Below are positions 40,116-48,619 of a stretch of DNA of 64,000 bases, in pieces. The notes below the pieces were generated by a model. That model had not been told where the DNA came from, made no database searches, and saw only the letters and a program-made list of their open reading frames with translations. The translations under genes were made by a program, and so were the position numbers. The stretch covers positions 27,731 through 91,730 of the forward strand of contig JANPIZ010000001.1 of assembly GCA_031425235.1 (NCBI GenBank). The letters are read 5' to 3'. The stretch is from Candidatus Nomurabacteria bacterium. GTDB taxonomy: Bacteria > Patescibacteriota > Minisyncoccia > Phycocordibacterales > UBA9973. The first letter of the stretch is position 1. Each line of letters starts with the position of its first letter.

Positions 40116-41414
40116 ATGCAATCATTTTTCAAAAAAAAATATTTGATATCACTTATATTGTCTATCACGCTCGGCGCCGTCATAGTGGTTGCTAATATAT
40201 GGTTTGCCCATAATAGATCGTCTGCTCCCGAAAATGGGAATCTAGACCAAACTACACTCGATGGTCAAATAAATGCTTTAACTCTAGCAATCGAATGGAG
40301 TCCGGAGAATGTTAAAAATTATATCGATCTAGGTAGCTTGTATCTGCAGAAAGTGCGTGAAACTGCCGACACATCTTATTATCAAAAAATAGATACGCTC
40401 ATGGATAAAGCCTATAAGATTGATCCTTTCCATCCAGATATCCCAGCTATTCAAGGAAATATGAATCTCGGCAAACATAACTTTATTCAAGCAAAAACTG
40501 ACGCAGAAAAAGCTATTCTCTTAAACCCTGCTAATCATTTATATTACGGACTACTTGGTGATGCTGAAATAGAACTAGGACATTATCAAGAAGCCGTAGA
40601 GGCATTCCAAAAGATGGTGGATATCAGGCCATCATATTCTTCTTATATACGTATCGCCTATGTTAGGGAATTATATGGTGATATTAAAGGTGCTGAGGAA
40701 TTTTTAAATCTCGCAATAAACTCTGGCAGCAGTTTTAAGGAAAATATAGCTTTTGCTTATGTTGAACTAGGGAAAATCCATATGCGAGATAATTTAACCG
40801 AGGGAGCCTCAGATTTTAACATAGCACTTACTATATTGCCTGGTTACGCTCCTGCCCTAAGCGGTTTAGGTAAAATATATTTTTTTAAAGGGGATTTTTT
40901 AGAAGCAGAAAAATATTTTAAACAAGCATACAATGCAATTCCTAGTGCAGAACATGCTACCAATTTGGCTGACTTCTATTTCAAACAAGGAGAGCAAAAT
41001 ATGTCTACTCAATATCTTACACTCGCACAGGTAGCATATGACAGTTCGAGATCAAGTGAAGTAAATGCTGACCTTGAAGAATCGCTCTTTTTGAGTGATC
41101 ATGATATTTCTCTTGACCGAGCTGTCGCTATGGCTCAAAATACATATGCTGAAAGAAAAGGAATCTATGTAGCCGATACTCTATCATGGGCTCTATATAA
41201 GAGTGGAAAAACAGAAGAAGCTTTACGTTATTCCAAAGAAGCTTTACAATTAGGTGAGACAGATCCTCTCATACTTTTCCATCAAGGAATGATTGCATTT
41301 AAAAGTGGTAACATGAAAACAGCTAAAAAATACCTCACTAAATCTCGTGATATTAATCCAAATATTTCAATTATTAACGCATCCATACTAAAACAAACTC
41401 TTTTGAGCTTGTAA
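40116..41414 (+). CDS. Tetratricopeptide-repeat protein with an N-terminal TM anchor
   Basis: 432 aa with repeated A/Y/L TPR-like helices. Confidence 0.6.
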   Translation: MQSFFKKKYLISLILSITLGAVIVVANIWFAHNRSSAPENGNLDQTTLDGQINALTLAIEWSPENVKNYIDLGSLYLQKVRETADTSYYQKIDTLMDKAYKIDPFHPDIPAIQGNMNLGKHNFIQAKTDAEKAILLNPANHLYYGLLGDAEIELGHYQEAVEAFQKMVDIRPSYSSYIRIAYVRELYGDIKGAEEFLNLAINSGSSFKENIAFAYVELGKIHMRDNLTEGASDFNIALTILPGYAPALSGLGKIYFFKGDFLEAEKYFKQAYNAIPSAEHATNLADFYFKQGEQNMSTQYLTLAQVAYDSSRSSEVNADLEESLFLSDHDISLDRAVAMAQNTYAERKGIYVADTLSWALYKSGKTEEALRYSKEALQLGETDPLILFHQGMIAFKSGNMKTAKKYLTKSRDINPNISIINASILKQTLLSL

Positions 41415-41437
41415 GCATTTCTTAAAAAGATCGTAAT

Positions 41438-42232
41438 ATGAAAAAAATTATTATTGCGTTATTCTTATTATTATCTTTCTTGCCCCCCGTATTGGCAGAT
41501 GCCCACGAACTTATTCCGAAGGCACTACAAGAATATATAGCGGCAAACCCAAATGCTACCCCTCAAGAAATAAAAGCATTTGCAGACAATCAGTCTCCAG
41601 AATTTGCGGAAAAATTCAAAGATGGTGCAGAGATTCTACAGATAGTAAGACAGCCAGATACTTCTTTTTTTGATAACTTTAAAGATTTTTTTAAAATCGG
41701 CGTTAGTCATATTTTAGCTGGCTTAGATCATATTTTATTTGTTCTTACTTTATTGTTTGTGTTTAAGAATTGGAAAGAAATCCTAAACCTTACTGGAACA
41801 TTTACGATTGCACACAGTATTACTCTTGTCTTAGCTGGCTCCGGTATTCTTACCTTAAGTCCTTCTCTTGTGGAGCCGCTCATTGCCCTCTCTATAGCAT
41901 ATATGGCTATTACAAGTGTATTTTTAAAGGGAACTCGATATATTGGCGAGCAAAGTGGCAAAATAGCCTCAGTTTTCTTTTTTGGGCTCTTCCATGGACT
42001 CGGTTTTGCTGGACTTATTCAAGAGATCAGCATCCCCACAAACTATGTAATATCTTCACTTGTTGCTTTTAATTTTGGTATAGAAATCGGACAACTTGTT
42101 ATTGTTGGACTTGTTTTCCCTGTTGCTTACTACTGCAGAGATAAAACCTGGTACCCTCGAAGTATAAAAATATTAGCTTTTTTTATAACGACAATTGCTC
42201 TCTTTTGGTTTATAGAAAGGATAATAGGATAA
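41438..42232 (+). CDS. HupE/UreJ-family (Ni/Co transporter-like) membrane protein
   Basis: 264 aa with the motifs HILAGLDHILFVL and FTIAHSITL. Confidence 0.7.
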   Translation: MKKIIIALFLLLSFLPPVLADAHELIPKALQEYIAANPNATPQEIKAFADNQSPEFAEKFKDGAEILQIVRQPDTSFFDNFKDFFKIGVSHILAGLDHILFVLTLLFVFKNWKEILNLTGTFTIAHSITLVLAGSGILTLSPSLVEPLIALSIAYMAITSVFLKGTRYIGEQSGKIASVFFFGLFHGLGFAGLIQEISIPTNYVISSLVAFNFGIEIGQLVIVGLVFPVAYYCRDKTWYPRSIKILAFFITTIALFWFIERIIG

Positions 42233-42270
42233 AAAGTTGTATTCAGTCGTTCCGATAATTACAAACAAGA

Positions 42271-42753
42271 CTAATGAAGACTGTTCGCGCTAAATCTAGA
42301 TTTTTCAGTAAGTTTTTTTAAGACTTTTACAAATGTACCCACTTGAGAGATAGACAAACCATCAAGCCATTTTTCACTTTCTTTACTAATTATTTTTTCA
42401 ATTTGTATCACAAACGCATGACCTTGTTTCGTTAAAGTAATTTTCTTCATTCTTTTGTCGGTGGGGTTTTTGCTATATACTACAAATCTTTTCTTAACGA
42501 ATTTTGAAGCAAGAATTGTCACAAATGGGGCCTCAACCCCGAGAATATCTGCAAATTTTTTTAGAGAAACTGATTCTTTTTGATCGTGAAGCATCCCCAA
42601 AAATACCCATTCAACAGCAGATATCCTAAATGGCTTGAGTAGTAAGCTCGTTTTTATATTCACTGTTTTGTAGGCTTTGTTCTGCAATAGGCCAAGTGCG
42701 TAGGTCTTTGCATATCCTTCTCTTTGTATATTTTTGAACATGTTTGTAGGCAT
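42271..42753 (-). CDS. MarR-family transcriptional regulator
   Basis: 160 aa with a winged-HTH profile. It is divergent from msrB, and a perfect palindrome lies in the shared intergenic region. Confidence 0.7.
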   Translation of the reverse strand: MPTNMFKNIQREGYAKTYALGLLQNKAYKTVNIKTSLLLKPFRISAVEWVFLGMLHDQKESVSLKKFADILGVEAPFVTILASKFVKKRFVVYSKNPTDKRMKKITLTKQGHAFVIQIEKIISKESEKWLDGLSISQVGTFVKVLKKLTEKSRFSANSLH

Positions 42754-42790
42754 CCCTTAAGTATACTTTTCCACAGGTAGCTTGCAATAC

Positions 42791-42830
42791 CTATGTTTTT
42801 AGTGTACTATACTTAAGTAACTTAAGTATA
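42791..42830 (+). promoter_or_regulatory. msrB promoter (TTGCAA-17-TACTAT) with an overlapping perfect 23-bp palindromic operator TATACTTAAG-TAA-CTTAAGTATA (42808..42830)
   Basis: All elements read directly from the sequence. The operator overlaps the -10 box and the +1 region, the classic arrangement for MarR repression. Confidence 0.55.
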
Positions 42831-42859
42831 TGATCAATACATACTATTGTCAAATTAAA

Positions 42860-43456
42860 AAAATGAAAACCAAAAAAATAATTTTTATTTCAATTGTAAT
42901 AGTTGCACTAGGTTTATTAATATACGCTGTCTCAAGAACAAGATCTAACACAACTGACTCAACTATTTCTCGAAACGAAACCAAACAATGGATCCTACCA
43001 ACAGAAAGCTCTCCATACATAAAACCATCAGAGGATGCGCTCCGCAAAATACTTCCACCTCTTGCATATAACATTACCCAGCAAAATGCTACAGAAATCC
43101 CCTACTCAAACGAGTATGTTAAAAAATATGAAGCAGGAATATATGTCGACATCGTATCGGGTGAACCACTCTTTTCTTCAAGCGACAAATACGATTCTGG
43201 CACAGGCTGGCCTTCATTTGTGAAACCTATAACACCTGACGCGATTACCTCTAAAATCGATAAAGAATTGGGAATTGAAAGAATAGAAGTCAGGTCAAAG
43301 TACGCTGATTCTCATCTTGGACATATCTTTGACGATGGCCCCGCGGATCGAGGAGGAAAAAGATACTGCATTAATGGTTTTGCTCTTCGCTTTGTTGCCA
43401 AAGACCAAATGGTCGCGAGCGGATACGGAGAATACCTAAAATATGTATCGAAATAA
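42860..43456 (+). CDS. msrB: Peptide methionine sulfoxide reductase B (SelR domain), membrane-anchored
   Basis: GIYVDIVSGEPLFSSSDKYDSGTGWPSFVKPI...HLGHIFDDGP...RYCINGFALRF. I prefer the internal start MKTKKIIF; the track ORF begins at 42830. Confidence 0.85.
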   Translation, partial: KMKTKKIIFISIVIVALGLLIYAVSRTRSNTTDSTISRNETKQWILPTESSPYIKPSEDALRKILPPLAYNITQQNATEIPYSNEYVKKYEAGIYVDIVSGEPLFSSSDKYDSGTGWPSFVKPITPDAITSKIDKELGIERIEVRSKYADSHLGHIFDDGPADRGGKRYCINGFALRFVAKDQMVASGYGEYLKYVSK

Positions 43457-43793
43457 AACGCTTTTAAACAAGATTTTACATCAATTTCTACGTATATAAA
43501 ATATCGACTTACCCTAAACGGAATAAAAAATTCTACAGAGTTAGTACTTGACTATGCATATACGGTAGAGGGATCTAGTAATACTGAACAAAAAATTTAT
43601 AAACTTACAGATAAGGGTATAGAGAGAATCCAATATCCTTTGATTGAGAAAAAAAAGCTTATTCCCGACCGCACCTCTGTGGGTAAAAAAATTCCGTATA
43701 CCTCTTTCTCTTGCACTGGTTTTTCTAGAAAAATCCCGCAATAATTTTGCTCCAAACGTGGGAGGATGTTCGGAGGGCTATTCTAAAGGAAAG

Positions 43794-44303
43794 TTAAGAA
43801 TTTTCCTTAGTTGAATCACATAAAAATACAGGAATAGGTTTATACTTATATCCTTCTTTTAGTAAAAGAGAAAGAGCAATCATCCTATGAAGTCCATCAA
43901 CGTGTTTTAGGGTTCCATTTATTACTACTAAAACTACACTAAGATTGAACTCTTTTTGTCTAATTTCTTCTTTAAGATAATTAATTAATTCTTTACAATC
44001 TCTCGCATAATCAGTATCAAATTTATTTAGAAGCATAAAAGCATCTTTTACTGGTGTATCAATAGGGAAAAATAGATTCTCTTTAACTAATGAATGAGGA
44101 TGACTTGGTAATAGAATGTCTAGAAAAAATTCTTCTGGCAAAAACCCTTGATACCAGCAATCTCCATATACTTCAGCTAAATGAATGACATAATCTATAG
44201 CGAACTGATTTGTCTTTTCTGCCCAATTTGTTCCAAATTTTTGAGCAAGTAAACTATTTGTAACTTCTTCCACTGAAGCTTTCTTTTCATCTATTAAATT
44301 CAT
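43794..44303 (-). CDS. Hypothetical protein with a possible ParB/Srx-like DGxHR motif
   Basis: 169 aa. VVLVVINGTLKHVDGLHRMIALSLLL resembles the ParB/sulfiredoxin-fold motif. The match is weak. Confidence 0.4.
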   Translation of the reverse strand: MNLIDEKKASVEEVTNSLLAQKFGTNWAEKTNQFAIDYVIHLAEVYGDCWYQGFLPEEFFLDILLPSHPHSLVKENLFFPIDTPVKDAFMLLNKFDTDYARDCKELINYLKEEIRQKEFNLSVVLVVINGTLKHVDGLHRMIALSLLLKEGYKYKPIPVFLCDSTKENS

Positions 44304-44338
44304 TTACAAAATTATATCACAGGTTCAAACTTCCTAAG

Positions 44339-44725
44339 TTAGATAAGAAAAACTTTATTATGAAATAAGGTTACTTTGCTGGCTCCGAACCTGGGACAAT
44401 GTTTGTCTGCTAAAACTGACATGCCGTAAAACCACAATATATCAATTGTAAAATTAAAAAGACTAAATTCAAAATCAGGAATAAGAATAAACAAGGAACT
44501 TTTTGAATGTAAGTAACTAAGAGGAAAACCTATACCTAAATTATTGCCATGAATAAAAATCTGTATGGCTTGAAAAACAAGAAATAAGCCTATAGTTATC
44601 AGTAACTTTTTAGGAGTGGGTAGAAGTTGTTTAAACGTAAATGTTTTATTAAGAAATTTATTAATCAAAGGGATCGTAATCGCACAAACGTACATCTCCT
44701 TGCCAACATCCTCCAAAATATTCAA
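44339..44725 (-). CDS. Hypothetical small membrane protein
   Basis: 128-aa ORF from the track. Its true start is uncertain because a 52-aa signal-peptide ORF overlaps its 5' end. Confidence 0.35.
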   Translation of the reverse strand: MNILEDVGKEMYVCAITIPLINKFLNKTFTFKQLLPTPKKLLITIGLFLVFQAIQIFIHGNNLGIGFPLSYLHSKSSLFILIPDFEFSLFNFTIDILWFYGMSVLADKHCPRFGASKVTLFHNKVFLI

Positions 44726-44993
44726 ATGAATTTATTTTTGTAGTGCCAAAAATATTCGTATCTGACCAAACACGCAAAAAACCAACACTGATCAATAGAG
44801 CAATAAACACTAAAGAAATAAGGTTCTTCATATTTTTATTATACTAAATCTTGGTGATTTTTGCTGGCTCCGAGGGTAGGATATCTCGGCTTACAGCCGC
44901 CGTATACCTTTTCGATGAATTTACAATTCATAACGAAAAGCTTTTCGCTCCCTACACAGAAGTGAAGCAGTTCACTTCTTTCCCGGAGCTCAC

Positions 44994-45019
44994 AAAATCA
45001 AAAGCCGCCTTTCGGCGAC
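44994..45019 (-). terminator. Rho-independent terminator downstream of tRNA-Asn
   Basis: On the minus strand: GUCGCC-GAAA-GGCGGC followed by UUUUGAUUUU. Confidence 0.6.
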
Positions 45020-45035
45020 TTAAGATTTTTACGAG

Positions 45036-45107
45036 CTCCGGGGGTAGGGATCGAACCTACGACCAATCGCTTAACAGGCGACCGCTCTACCACTGAGCTA
45101 CCCCGGA
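45036..45107 (-). tRNA. tRNA-Asn (anticodon GTT)
   Basis: Hand-folded cloverleaf. The acceptor stem is TCCGGGG/CCCCGGA, the D-arm GCTC-AGTGGTA-GAGC, the anticodon loop CTGTTAA and the T-arm GTAGG-TTCGATC-CCTAC. No CCA is encoded. Confidence 0.8.
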
Positions 45108-45185
45108 ATGTATTTTTATATTACCAGAAATTAGGAAAAATACAATGAGTTTGTCTTTGTTCTGTAATTGATTTAAAATGATTAG

Positions 45186-45701
45186 GTGAGCAAAAAACTA
45201 ATTATTTTAATATCAGTATTTGCTGTTTTAGCACTTGTGACCGCAGAAGTTTTTTATTTTAGGTTTCATACTTATTTTCAAAATACCCGAATAGAAGAGT
45301 CATTACCTGTAGCCACACAGAAAACCCTTGAGGTTGAGAGCGCAGAAAGCAGTGAAAGTATTATGGAACCTAAGTCTATCGTAAAAGGAAACTTCGTTGC
45401 AGTAGATTTTGTTCACAAAGGCTCTGGAACTGCACAAATAATTGAACAGGACGGAAAAAGATACCTAAGCTTAGAAAGCTTTGAGGTTACTAATGGACCC
45501 GATTTGTACATTTACTTAAGTGATTCAAAAAATCCTGGAAACTCAATAGAGAGTTTAGATAATTATGTAAGTCTGGGTATGTTAAAAGGAAATCAAGGAA
45601 ATCAGGTATATGAAATACCAGAATCTTATAAAGGAAATAATACAGCCATAATTTGGTGTAAAAAATTCGGCGTTCTATTTAGTTACGCAGTAATGCAATA
45701 A
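45186..45701 (+). CDS. DM13-domain secreted protein
   Basis: 171 aa. GNFVAVDFVHKGSGTAQIIEQDGKRYLSLESFEVTNGPDLYIYL is present. Confidence 0.6.
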   Translation: MSKKLIILISVFAVLALVTAEVFYFRFHTYFQNTRIEESLPVATQKTLEVESAESSESIMEPKSIVKGNFVAVDFVHKGSGTAQIIEQDGKRYLSLESFEVTNGPDLYIYLSDSKNPGNSIESLDNYVSLGMLKGNQGNQVYEIPESYKGNNTAIIWCKKFGVLFSYAVMQ

Positions 45702-45707
45702 AACAAA

Positions 45708-46295
45708 TTAGTCTCCGGCAAGGTAAAACACCCATTTGCCATCCTCCATAATGCCGAGGCGATAATATGCATACGCTCCGAACTGTCGATACCCTTCTAT
45801 CTCTTCTTCAGTTAAAAGAATTCGCATTTGGGCAATGTCTTTTTCGGTCCAGTCCTCGCTCGCCTTTGTAAATACTTCTGGCCATGTATACATGTCATAT
45901 TGTTTCGCATATGGCATTTCTAGAAGTTTTATACTAATATCAAATGATTTTTCATTATCATTTGAATCTTCCATTTTCAAATATTCAGCCAAGCCTTCCT
46001 CCGATCCTCCATAACTATACTGAAAATTTTCACTCGCCTCATCAGCAAGTAAATCATAATCACGAGCCAGTGCGGCCTGATAAATTGCTTGGCGTTTCTT
46101 TTCGACAGCTTCTGGCAAGCCTGGCTGTGGTGCAAGAGTTTTTGCTACTTCAATTTCCTTCTCTTCTTGTTTTGGCTGATTTTCGTCAACTATTACTGTA
46201 TTGTCGGCTGCCCTTTGATCTTGATAAAAAAAAGCTAATGCGCCGAAGGCGGCGACAATTAGTACTATTATTAATCCTAAAAGTTTTTTATTCAT
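45708..46295 (-). CDS. Membrane-anchored acidic hypothetical protein
   Basis: 195 aa with an N-terminal signal anchor. Confidence 0.45.
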   Translation of the reverse strand: MNKKLLGLIIVLIVAAFGALAFFYQDQRAADNTVIVDENQPKQEEKEIEVAKTLAPQPGLPEAVEKKRQAIYQAALARDYDLLADEASENFQYSYGGSEEGLAEYLKMEDSNDNEKSFDISIKLLEMPYAKQYDMYTWPEVFTKASEDWTEKDIAQMRILLTEEEIEGYRQFGAYAYYRLGIMEDGKWVFYLAGD

Positions 46296-46464
46296 ACTTA
46301 GTATTATGACGTATGAGGAGTAGATTTACTACATAACCCTACAGAAATCTCGGTCATTACATATGTTTTACTGTGGCTACAAATAATTTCTCGCCGCCGC
46401 TCGAAATTTTCGCAGCCCGCCCCTCGTGGTTTTGCGTACTCGCAAAACATCACTGCGTTCTCCA

Positions 46465-46493
46465 CAAAACGCAAAAATTCCCAGCAGTGGGAA
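46465..46493 (-). terminator. Terminator downstream of tRNA-Ala
   Basis: On the minus strand: TTCCCA-CTGC-TGGGAA followed by TTTTTGCGTTTTG. Confidence 0.55.
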
Positions 46494-46508
46494 TTATTTG
46501 TGTTTTGT

Positions 46509-46581
46509 GGACCCTACAGGACTCGAACCTGCCACCTCCTCATTGCAAATGAGGCGCTCTAGCCAGATGAGCTAAGGGCCC
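46509..46581 (-). tRNA. tRNA-Ala (anticodon TGC)
   Basis: Hand-folded. The acceptor stem is GGGCCCT/AGGGTCC with one G-U pair. The D-arm is GCTC-ATCTGGCTA-GAGC, the anticodon stem-loop CCTCA-TTTGCAA-TGAGG and the T-arm GCAGG-TTCGAGT-CCTGT. Confidence 0.8.
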
Positions 46582-46624
46582 AGACTAAAATAGTGTATCG
46601 TATTCTGGTAAAAATGCAACTGTA

Positions 46625-47473
46625 TTAATAGTATATCTCTATATTTTTCTTGTGTTGTTCGTAAGTCTTCGAGCAATGAATTTTACTATTTTTGTCGTGT
46701 AGGTAAAATATACACTCGGTCTTTTGTGGATTATACGCAGCAGCGATAGCTGCAAGTCCTGGGTTTGCTATTGGGCCTGGTGGGAAACCATTATGTTTAT
46801 ATGTGTTGTACGAGGAATCTATTTTTTTGTCATCCGAATACACCTTACCCCACCAACCTTCTTCTTCAGTCCCCTTTGCATATTGAAGCGTGGCATCCAT
46901 TTGGAGTTTCATTCCGCTAAAAATACGATTCCAGATAATGCCCGAAATAAGATTCATATCATCTTTGCCGTTTGACTCACGTTGAATAATAGAAGCAATG
47001 GTTATTATCGCGTCTTTGTTGAGTATTTTTTTTGATTTATTTTCTTTGGGATCTAAAATTTTACTTGTTTGTTTTTCAAACTCTTCAAACATCGTGGCAC
47101 TCACTTCGGACGGACCTTCGTCCTTATTAATAAGATAGGTCTTTGGGAAGTAACGCCCTTCGAGATTTGGGCTGTTCATAGCTAGATGCGCATTTATAAA
47201 ATCAATCTTTTGGTTGTCATCCCAGCCGAGCTTGTCACCCACAACTTCAGCTATTTGTTCCTTACGCAACCCTGGCACTACACGAACAATACGCATCGAA
47301 GGATTTGCTAAGTCGACATAAAAAGAAAGTTTAGCCAACAAACTCGGGTTAAATCCAAAATGGAAAATAACATAAAACAAACCCATGGCTGCGAGGGTAA
47401 ATGTGATGGATAGAACTTTAAATTTTTTATTGAAATTAGATTTTTTCTTTCGAGGATTTTTGACAGTTTTCAT
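46625..47473 (-). CDS. mltG: Endolytic murein transglycosylase MltG (YceG-like)
   Basis: It has an N-terminal TM helix. IWNRIFSGMKLQMDATLQYA and SYNTYKHNGFPPGPIANPGLAAIAAA are present. I prefer the start at M28 of the track ORF because a hairpin plus T-run lies inside the extended 5' end. Confidence 0.75.
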   Translation of the reverse strand: MKTVKNPRKKKSNFNKKFKVLSITFTLAAMGLFYVIFHFGFNPSLLAKLSFYVDLANPSMRIVRVVPGLRKEQIAEVVGDKLGWDDNQKIDFINAHLAMNSPNLEGRYFPKTYLINKDEGPSEVSATMFEEFEKQTSKILDPKENKSKKILNKDAIITIASIIQRESNGKDDMNLISGIIWNRIFSGMKLQMDATLQYAKGTEEEGWWGKVYSDDKKIDSSYNTYKHNGFPPGPIANPGLAAIAAAYNPQKTECIFYLHDKNSKIHCSKTYEQHKKNIEIYY

Positions 47474-47500
47474 GTGCTCAATAATTGTATCATACAATAT

Positions 47501-47537
47501 GAAAACATAGACAGAAAAAACAAAAGCCCGCTCGAAA
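47501..47537 (-). terminator. Strong hairpin plus U-run in minus orientation (AAAAGCCCGC-TCGAAA-GCGGGCTTTT then TTTTGTTTTTT). It is either the terminator of a small RNA or a leader attenuator of mltG.
   Basis: Perfect 10-bp stem. A sigma70-like box TTGCAT-17-TATGAT, read on the minus strand, sits at plus-strand coordinates 47605..47633. Confidence 0.5.
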
Positions 47538-47649
47538 GCGGGCTTTTGCGGCACATATATTGTTTACGATAAATGCAAGAATCACTTCTCACACTCACCT
47601 ATGTATCATAGCATACTTCACAAAAAAATGCAAGCATGCTATTGTGTGA

Positions 47650-48003
47650 GAGCAGGTGTTGGATAGCTACTCTAACGTTACGTCAGAGAGGAAAGTCCGA
47701 ACACAGTTCATTCGCCTTTGGCGGACGAAAAACAGGTAGCGGGTAACTCCCGTGCATAGCGATATATAGGTGCGAGCAGAGACGCTTCGAAGCGAAAGCT
47801 AAGAAGTATCCCAAGAGCAATCAAGGGATAAATCCTTATAGTAATATAAGGGGTGAAACGGCTAAACCCTTACCTCTGTGCAAGATCGTGCTCTGGCCTT
47901 TGGGTTAGAGAGAATCGCTTGAGTCCGACGGCAACGTCGGACCTAGATAAATTGCTATCACCCCGCTCGCGGGGAACAAAATTCGGCTTATAGATACCTG
48001 CAA
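47650..48003 (+). ncRNA. rnpB: RNase P RNA (bacterial type A, reduced)
   Basis: Conserved GAGGAAAGTCCGAACAC (the P4 region), AGGTAGCGGGTAACTCCCGTG, AAGGGGTGAAACGG and ACAAAATTCGGCTTATAG are present. The P1 helix pairs GCAGGTGTT with AGATACCTGC. Confidence 0.8.
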
Positions 48004-48010
48004 CAAAATG

Positions 48011-48045
48011 AAAACTCCGCTCTAAAGGCGGAGTTTTCATTTTAA
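48011..48045. terminator. Bidirectional terminator after rnpB and after the DUF192 gene
   Basis: AAAACTCCGC-TCTAAAG-GCGGAGTTTT is a perfect 10-bp stem followed by CATTTTA. Confidence 0.7.
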
Positions 48046-48052
48046 GGGCTAT

Positions 48053-48616
48053 CTAATTATTAATAGGTATACCTTCTTTATTTTCAAAACCCACTCTATC
48101 CCCTATTTTTAAATTATTCTTTTCTGCAAAGCCTGAAGGAACTTCTAAAACATATTTAGCATTTTCTATGCTATCTGAACTAGGCCCATACGTCTCTGGA
48201 TAAGACCCCGGTCGAGCATCTTTTTTTATATAGATGACCATATTAAAATTCTCATCTATCCATATAATATCTATAGGGAATTTCATATCCTTCATCCAAA
48301 AATTGTGTTCCCCGGGCTTATCAAAAACAAACAACATGCCTTCGTTTTCTTTTAAACTAATTCTTCCGGACAACCCTTGTGCCTGATCTTCTTTGGTTAA
48401 AGCTAATTCAACTTTTATTTTTTTTTCTCCCAACATTACATATTTTATTTCTTTCGCTTCTTTTGATATTTCTTCGTTTCTTTCTTCTATCAAAGCTTCT
48501 GTTGTTCTTTCATCTTTTGACTTAAAATCCATGGAATATCCAATCAAAAAAAATCCCATTATGAGACTCACAATAATAGTGACAAACCATGCTATAAAAA
48601 CTTTTCTAATTTTCAT
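48053..48616 (-). CDS. DUF192-domain protein
   Basis: 187 aa. GLSGRISLKENEGMLFVF...FWMKDMKFPIDIIWID...YVLEVPSG is present. Confidence 0.7.
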   Translation of the reverse strand: MKIRKVFIAWFVTIIVSLIMGFFLIGYSMDFKSKDERTTEALIEERNEEISKEAKEIKYVMLGEKKIKVELALTKEDQAQGLSGRISLKENEGMLFVFDKPGEHNFWMKDMKFPIDIIWIDENFNMVIYIKKDARPGSYPETYGPSSDSIENAKYVLEVPSGFAEKNNLKIGDRVGFENKEGIPINN

Positions 48617-48619
48617 AAA

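Noticed and set aside
43541-43741. Minus-strand ORF of 66 aa
   Set aside because: It has no start context. The opposite strand carries a more plausible, though fragmentary, PadR-like ORF.
44369-44868. Shared 14-mer tttgctggctccga at about 44379 and about 44858, considered as a possible repeat or tRNA fragment
   Set aside because: A 64 kb window is expected to contain about 15 chance 14-mer matches. No tRNA-like fold could be built. Both copies lie in ordinary coding or leader sequence.
44851-45096. Plus-strand ORF of 81 aa
   Set aside because: It overlaps tRNA-Asn and its terminator. The translated tRNA sequence (...SSGGRDRTYDQSLNRRPLYH) is an artefact.
47474-47554. N-terminal 27-aa extension of the MltG ORF
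   Set aside because: It contains a perfect 10-bp GC hairpin plus a T-run, i.e. terminator-like structure. The downstream Met precedes the TM helix.
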